The notes below the pieces were generated by a model. It ran no database searches, had not been told where the DNA came from, and was given only the letters and a program-made list of their open reading frames with translations. Both the position numbers and the translations under genes were made by a program. DNA of 64,000 bases from Octopus vulgaris (taxonomy: Eukaryota), in contig OX597823.1 in NCBI GenBank assembly GCA_951406725.2, positions 51,274,001 through 51,338,000 of the forward strand, in the 5' to 3' direction. Positions 57,826 through 64,000 of this stretch are shown here, in pieces; position 1 is the stretch's first letter; every line of letters begins with the position of its first letter.

Positions 57826-58418
57826 GAATGTTTGTATGTATGTTGTATAGTTACCAGCCCTGGCTATAACGTCTGTTACACCAGCGTCACCGCAATTACT
57901 ACCACTGCTACTGTCATTAGAAATATATGACAAATATTGTAGACAAGTATAAGTGACCAGTACAACTATTAATGAGTCACTCTTAGTTATTAAGTAGCGT
58001 CGCCTTATAAAAAGTCTTCTGCATGATTGCAATGAAAATATGGCTTTGTCCAACATTGGAATGTAATGACCCTGGCAGTAGATATGGACGTTGTGACAAC
58101 TCTTCACAAATTGTTGAGAAACGTCTGCTTAACACTAACACATACAGCAGCTGGAAGCCTCCATTACGTTGCAAATGAGTTTAGAAATAAAATATGCAAA
58201 CAAAAAAACGGATAAAGAAAAGAAAAATACTTACCACGTCATGGGATGCACAAATGGATTCATAATAGAGTTAGTTTAATCATTTTAAAACTACTATAGG
58301 TATCAAAATAACTATTGGTGAATTCTACAGAAAAATCTAAGAAAGAACCGCAGGAAATCGTTCAGCCTGATACCGGCCTTACTCAGTGATTCTCTCCCTC
58401 TCTCATTTTTCTTATCTG

Positions 58419-58525
<107 letters not shown>

Positions 58526-58674
58526 GGATAGAATCCGTCTTTGTATTATTCCTCTTTTCATTTTATCACTGATATCTTTCACGATGTTATTTCATCACTG
58601 TCGTATAAATAAATAAATATACATATACATACATACATACATACATACATACATACATACATACATACATACAT

Positions 58675-58727
58675 TGCCCCAGCATGGCCACAGCTCATTA
58701 GCTGAAAGTGGAAAAATCAAAATCAAA

Positions 58728-58730
<3 letters not shown>
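58675..58730 (+). mobile_element. Extreme 3' tail of the CR1-group LINE family seen at 63400-64000
   Basis: TGCCCCAGCATGGCCACAGCTCATTAGCTGAAA followed by (AAAATC)n. Confidence 0.75.
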
Positions 58731-58766
<36 letters not shown>

Positions 58767-58926
58767 CACATACACTTATATTGCACACACACATATATAT
58801 ATATAAATACACTCATATATATATGTATATATATATATATGTGTGTGTGTGTATATATATATATATATGTATATATATACATATATATAAATATATGCAT
58901 ACATGCATATATGTATATATATATAC

Positions 58927-58965
<39 letters not shown>

Positions 58966-59365
58966 TGTATACATATATATACACACAAACACACATTTAT
59001 TTATGTATCTCATATATTTATTTAATATTTTACCGACCTTTTGACTTACTTTCTACCCTCATGTTATCCCTTTTGTTCCCCACTGTTCCTCTGTAGTTAC
59101 CTTTTTTCCTTCTTATTTTCTTTATTTGTTTCTGCGATTACTTTTATTTTCTCTATTTCCTCTCTCTCTGCTTGTTATATATTCCTCTGATTATTTACTC
59201 TATTCCCATTCTTCTTGGCTTTTCTTTACTTATTCTACTATTCTTTCTCTTAAGAGATCTTCTACCACGTCTTTTTGTTGGGATTAACTTCACAATTCCC
59301 CTTCATGTTCTTTATCATTCTTCATTCTTTTCTCATATTTCGCGTCTTCTTATTCTTATATCAAC

Positions 59366-59446
<81 letters not shown>

Positions 59447-59693
59447 AATAATAATAATACAGCTTTTATTAAATCAGTACTTGCTGAATATCTTCTTTCC
59501 ATAATTTTTATCTATAATCGGGTGAGCTGCTCCAGGGTATTTTTCTGTAACAATATAGCGTCAAACCTACATGACATCTTGCACTCCTATTGGTGCCATT
59601 TTTCTCAAACAGATATAGTTCTTTGCTCGTTTTATTTTTGTTTTATGTGGCAATTTTTTCTTTCTTTTTTCTTTCTTTCTTTCTTCCTTTCTT

Positions 59694-59732
<39 letters not shown>

Positions 59733-60719
59733 CTTTCACCTTGTAGGTGAAGTGAAAAATGTAGCACAAGAGAAATTATTGTGAAACAAACCAAACTGAT
59801 GAAAAGATAGGAACAGAGAGCTGGATTGTAAAAGGGATTAACGGCAAACGAAAAAGATTCCTCATAATTAATACAGGACCGAGTTAGCTTTTCACTATCG
59901 AGCAAGTTAAACATTTCCATGAAAACAACTGGACAAAAGTACTAAGAATACTAAATATAATTTTTTCTAGCCTCTGGAGTCAGTTGCTTTGATTTATTAA
60001 TCAAAAAGCTGCATATGTCTTTGAAAGAGAATTCATCGTTTAGCATTGGAGAAAAAGTAGATACACAAATATGCTCTTCAAATGAAAAGCCACCGACGCC
60101 ATCTTGTCTGAAAAGTAGATTTTGTTTTTATGGCGGACCCCTCTTCAGTTTCATAGAGATCATAATTCTATTATTCTTACACTAAGATTACTATTTCATT
60201 TCATTATTCCTTTTCATCTTATTATTTTTTTTCTCGATCTCCTTGGTCTAGAAGAGAGACAAGGAACAATGTATCTACCAATTCATGCTTATTTTTGTTT
60301 GATCACTTTATTTGCGGTGATGGAGACGAGGAGATTTTGTTAGTAGCAGAAAATTCAATAAAAATAGTTGTAGCGCAAACAACCGACTTTGCTTTCTAGG
60401 GTGTCGTCACACTTTTAAGTGAGGGCAATTGCTATTAATCTATTAAATAGCTAGAAATGATGAATTACTTGCTCTTTCATTATTTGTTCGTTGCACGTCT
60501 TACTGCTGATGTAAACGGTTGAGAACTGGACTCGATACAATATGATGTGCCGCTGGAACTGGGTTCAAATCCCATAGGAAATGAGGTAGCTTTTCATCTC
60601 TATCAAGGGCGACAAAATAATTACCAACTATTATATAGTTCCCGTCATTATAAATTTGATCTTGTCTCTAAAAAAGTGATGTATTTAATTAGCTTGGAAG
60701 GTTTGATTATTATATTTCC

Positions 60720-61113
60720 TAAGCAGGAGTGGCTGTGTGGTAAGTAGCTTGCTATCCGGGTTCAGTCCCACTGCGTGGCATCTTGGGCAAGTGTCTTCTG
60801 CTATAGCCCCGGGCCGACCAATTCCTTGTGAGTGGATTTGGTAGACGGAAACTGAAAGAAGCCTGTCGTATATATGTATATATATATATGTGTGTGTGTG
60901 TTTGTGTGTCTGTTTTTCTCCCCCTAGCATTGCTTGACAACCGATGTTGGTGTGTTTACGTCCCCGTCACTTAGCGGTTCGGCAAAAGAGACCGATAGAA
61001 TAAGTACTGGGCTTACAAAGAATAAGTGCCGGGATCGATTTGCTCGACTAAAGGCGGTGCTCCAGCATGGCCGCAGTCAAATGACTGAAACAAGTAAAAG
61101 AGTAAAGAGAGAG
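60720..61113 (+). mobile_element. SINE family B, near full length and young
   Basis: GCAGGAGTGGCTGTGTGGTAAG through GGCGGTGCTCCAGCATGGCCGCAGTCAAATGACTGAAACAAGTAAAAGAG. Confidence 0.9.
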
Positions 61114-61944
61114 AGTATCTATTTGTACTGTAGGCGGTCGGTTTGATTCACCATTTTACTTTAAACAGCAAATTAAACTCTACATAATACTTTGTAAATC
61201 TACACTGTGCAATGCAAAAGTTCGAAGGAAGATGATCATAACAAAATGAACACACTTAGCATATCTAAATCGATTTTTAAAGGTTAATAAAGTTTCTTAA
61301 TTATTAAAAACAAATAGATAATTGTTAACACTATACTGAAAAATTTGCTTTTGAATTTAAAAAGCATATTGATTTTCAGTCTGTATTCTATGTGTAACAT
61401 TTTCTGGCTTCAATCATTTAACTTCGGTCACGATAGGGCACCGCCGTGAAGGTTTTGTTTTCAGTTAAATCAATACCAATACTTACGTTGATAGTATGTT
61501 ACTTATTCTAACGGTGTATACTGCGACCGAACCGCAAAAATTAGGCTAATGCAAGCATTCAATCAGCCGGTGTCAAATAACGTCTCGTAAAAGCAAATTA
61601 TGTAGCGAGACAAAAGAGACGTACACATGTACAAACGCATGCGCACAGTCATACATATATGCATACATGCATATAAACATTTATATATACGTAGAATCAG
61701 TGATAAAATCAAAGACAAAAATAAATGCAAAGGCTAAACAAGAAGTATACTTTATATCCTTGTATCCATTTACACAGTAGTATAAGATTACATTTTCAGA
61801 AATAAGTATAATTTTTAATGTAAATGTGGGAAAAAAGATCCGGCTGCTGTAAACCACTATGCGACCGGAGTAATCAGGTATGTGAGTAGAAAAATGGTGT
61901 TCTAGAAAATGTCGGAAACTTCTCAGTTACACATAAAGGCACAC

Positions 61945-62680
61945 ACCACTGAGCAGAAAGAACATCGCGTCGACATCTGTCAAGATCTCCGTCGGCGTGC
62001 CGCTGATGACCCACCCTTCATGTCGAAGATCATCACCAGTGACGAGAGTTGGGGCTACGGGTCAGATCTTGAGAAGCAGCAGCAGTCGTCACAACGGAGG
62101 AGCTATTCATCTCCACGACCAACAAATGCAAGACAGAACCGCAACTCAACCAGGAACATGTTCATCTTTATTTTAATTTTGTCGACAACCAAGCTATTGT
62201 GTAACGAAAATTGGTACGCCCGGGCCAGACCGTCAATCGAGGGTTCTACTGAGACGTTTTGAAGTGTGTGAAGGAGGACATTCGGCGAAAGCGACCGAAT
62301 CATTGGAGTGCGAAGAATTGGATTCTTCACGACGACAATACACCCTGTCAGCGAATTCTTCTCTTTCGTGAGTTTCTGGCCAAAAAACAACATGGTATCG
62401 CTTCCACACCCGCCCTTTTCACCGGATACCAGCATTCCCACAAGACGAAAATGCAGCTCAAAGTCGCCGTTTTGACACCGTTGTCAAGATCCAGAACGAA
62501 TCGTAGGTCCTCGGTCGCTTACAGATAACGACTTCCAGACCGGATTCCAGAAGTGACAGAGACGCTGAAACCGGTGTCCCAAGATGACTATTTCGAAGGA
62601 GATGATGTAAAAACTTAGGGAAATAAGTTATTCCTTTATTAAACGTAACTAATCCGGGAACCTTTAGATATGACCAAGTA
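61945..62680 (+). mobile_element. Mariner transposase relic with 3' TIR
   Basis: TTEQKEHRV, IITSDESWGY (cf. TGDETW), QQSSQ, SPRP, IRRKRP, WILHDDNTP (cf. LHHDNAP), YFEGD. Ends CCGGGAACCTTTAGATATGACCAAG-TA. Confidence 0.9.
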
Positions 62681-62694
62681 TATGAATACAAATG

Positions 62695-62777
<83 letters not shown>

Positions 62778-62789
62778 TACACACACACA

Positions 62790-63140
62790 CAGTCATTTGA
62801 CTGTGGCAATGTGGAGCACCGCCTTTAGTCGAGCAAATCGACCACAGGACTTATTCTATCGGTCTATTTTGCCGAACCGCTAAGTTACGGGGACGTAAAC
62901 ACGCCAGTATCGGTTGTCAAGCAATGTTGGGGACAAACACACACAGACATAAACATACACACACACACGAATATATATATATATACATATATACGACAGG
63001 CTTCTTTCAGTTTCTGTCTACCAAATCCACTCACAAGGCTCTGGTTGGCCCGAGGCTATAGTAGAAGACACTTGCCCAAGACACTTGCCCTATGTGGTTG
63101 GTAAGGAAGCTACTTACCACACAGCCACTCCTACGCCTAT
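62790..63140 (-). mobile_element. SINE family B
   Basis: Reverse complement of 60720-61113 with small deletions. Confidence 0.9.
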
Positions 63141-63399
63141 ATATTACGCTAACAGTCGACAATCAAGAATCACTACTATTGCTCCCATCGGAACACAAGG
63201 TAAAATCTATAATGAACTCCTGCACTACACTTGACAAAACAGTAAGGAACGACTTACACCTTATAATATATTTTTCGCCTTTTCAAGAACATGGATTCTA
63301 TTGAATGTATATAGCATGGACTCTATTGAATGTATGTAACAATTAGGAACTGTTCCATTATACTTTTTATGTATATAGCATGGACTCTATTGAATGTAT

Positions 63400-64000
63400 G
63401 ATTGATTGATTGATTGATTGATTCTAGTTTCAGCTTATGAGCTGTGGCCATGCTGGGGCACCGCCATTTGGTGTTGCTACTTGGTTTCACTTCATGAAGG
63501 CTTTCTAGCAACTGCTATTTGGTGCATGAGAGAGTTCGATGCAGCTGCCCTCATCCGCCCCTCCTGCCGTGAAGTTGGTTCATCTGGGACACCCGACAGG
63601 AAGAGATCAAGCTTCATTTTAAAGACATCTGCATCCACCCCATGCAGGTCTCTCAGGTCCTTCGGGAGGATATTGAAGAGCTGTGGGCCTCGGAAGCCCA
63701 GGCTATCACAGAATCTTGTCCTACATCTTGATGGCAAGTTTGGAGTCCTAGGCACCACGCAGTGGCGCCCAGTTCTGGCATTTGCGTAACTCTCGATGCC
63801 AAAGTTCAGGACACTTCCCTCCAGGATCTTCCAGATGTATATTATGGCATATCTTTCCCGCCTACGCTCTAGGGAATATAGTTTTAATCTCTTGAGTCTT
63901 TCCCAGTAGCTTACATTCTGCATAGAGGCTATCTTCTTCGTGTAGCTACGTTGGATCGCCTCGAGCTCTGTGATCAACTTGACACTGGATGGTGACCATA
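63400..64000 (-). mobile_element. Young CR1-group LINE 3' end (ORF2 C-terminus open to 63492; continues beyond the window)
   Basis: WSPSSVKLITELEAIQRSYTKKI, SYWERLKRLKLYSLERRRERYAIIYIWKILEG, FKMKLDLFL with no stops. Short 3' UTR stem-loop and a (CAAT)n tail. Confidence 0.92.

Noticed and set aside
63290-63400. Direct repeats CATGGACTCTATTGAATGTAT beside the LINE tail, as a possible TSD
   Set aside because: All copies are on one side of the LINE, so this is a local duplication. The other end of the LINE is outside the window.

Overview
AT-rich, gene-poor eukaryotic DNA, most likely from an octopus (inferred from the SINE families and the extreme TA/CA/TATC/TAA microsatellite load). I found no intact host protein-coding gene, tRNA or rRNA, and nearly all ORFs in the track are microsatellite translations. 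The window is intronic or intergenic DNA built from: three tRNA-derived SINE families (A, B, C; about 40 copies or fragments); LINE relics (CR1-group, RTE, R4/Dong-type); a Penelope-like (PLE) RT/GIY-YIG fragment; a mariner relic; a Tc1-type MITE; and non-autonomous Helitrons. The most interesting pattern is a set of about 10 short non-coding inserts from at least five unrelated sequence families. They sit in or next to (TA)n tracts, and each carries a degenerate minimal type-I hammerhead ribozyme with a palindromic stem III. Several occur as foldback pairs. A TA-flanked PLE fragment in the same window is a candidate mobiliser. Other highlights are a LINE/SINE-B pair sharing a covarying 3' stem-loop, a 62-bp Helitron with both termini, a MITE with a CTCF-like motif, and a microsatellite that arose inside an RT motif. 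All calls were read by eye, so boundaries are approximate unless a TSD is given.
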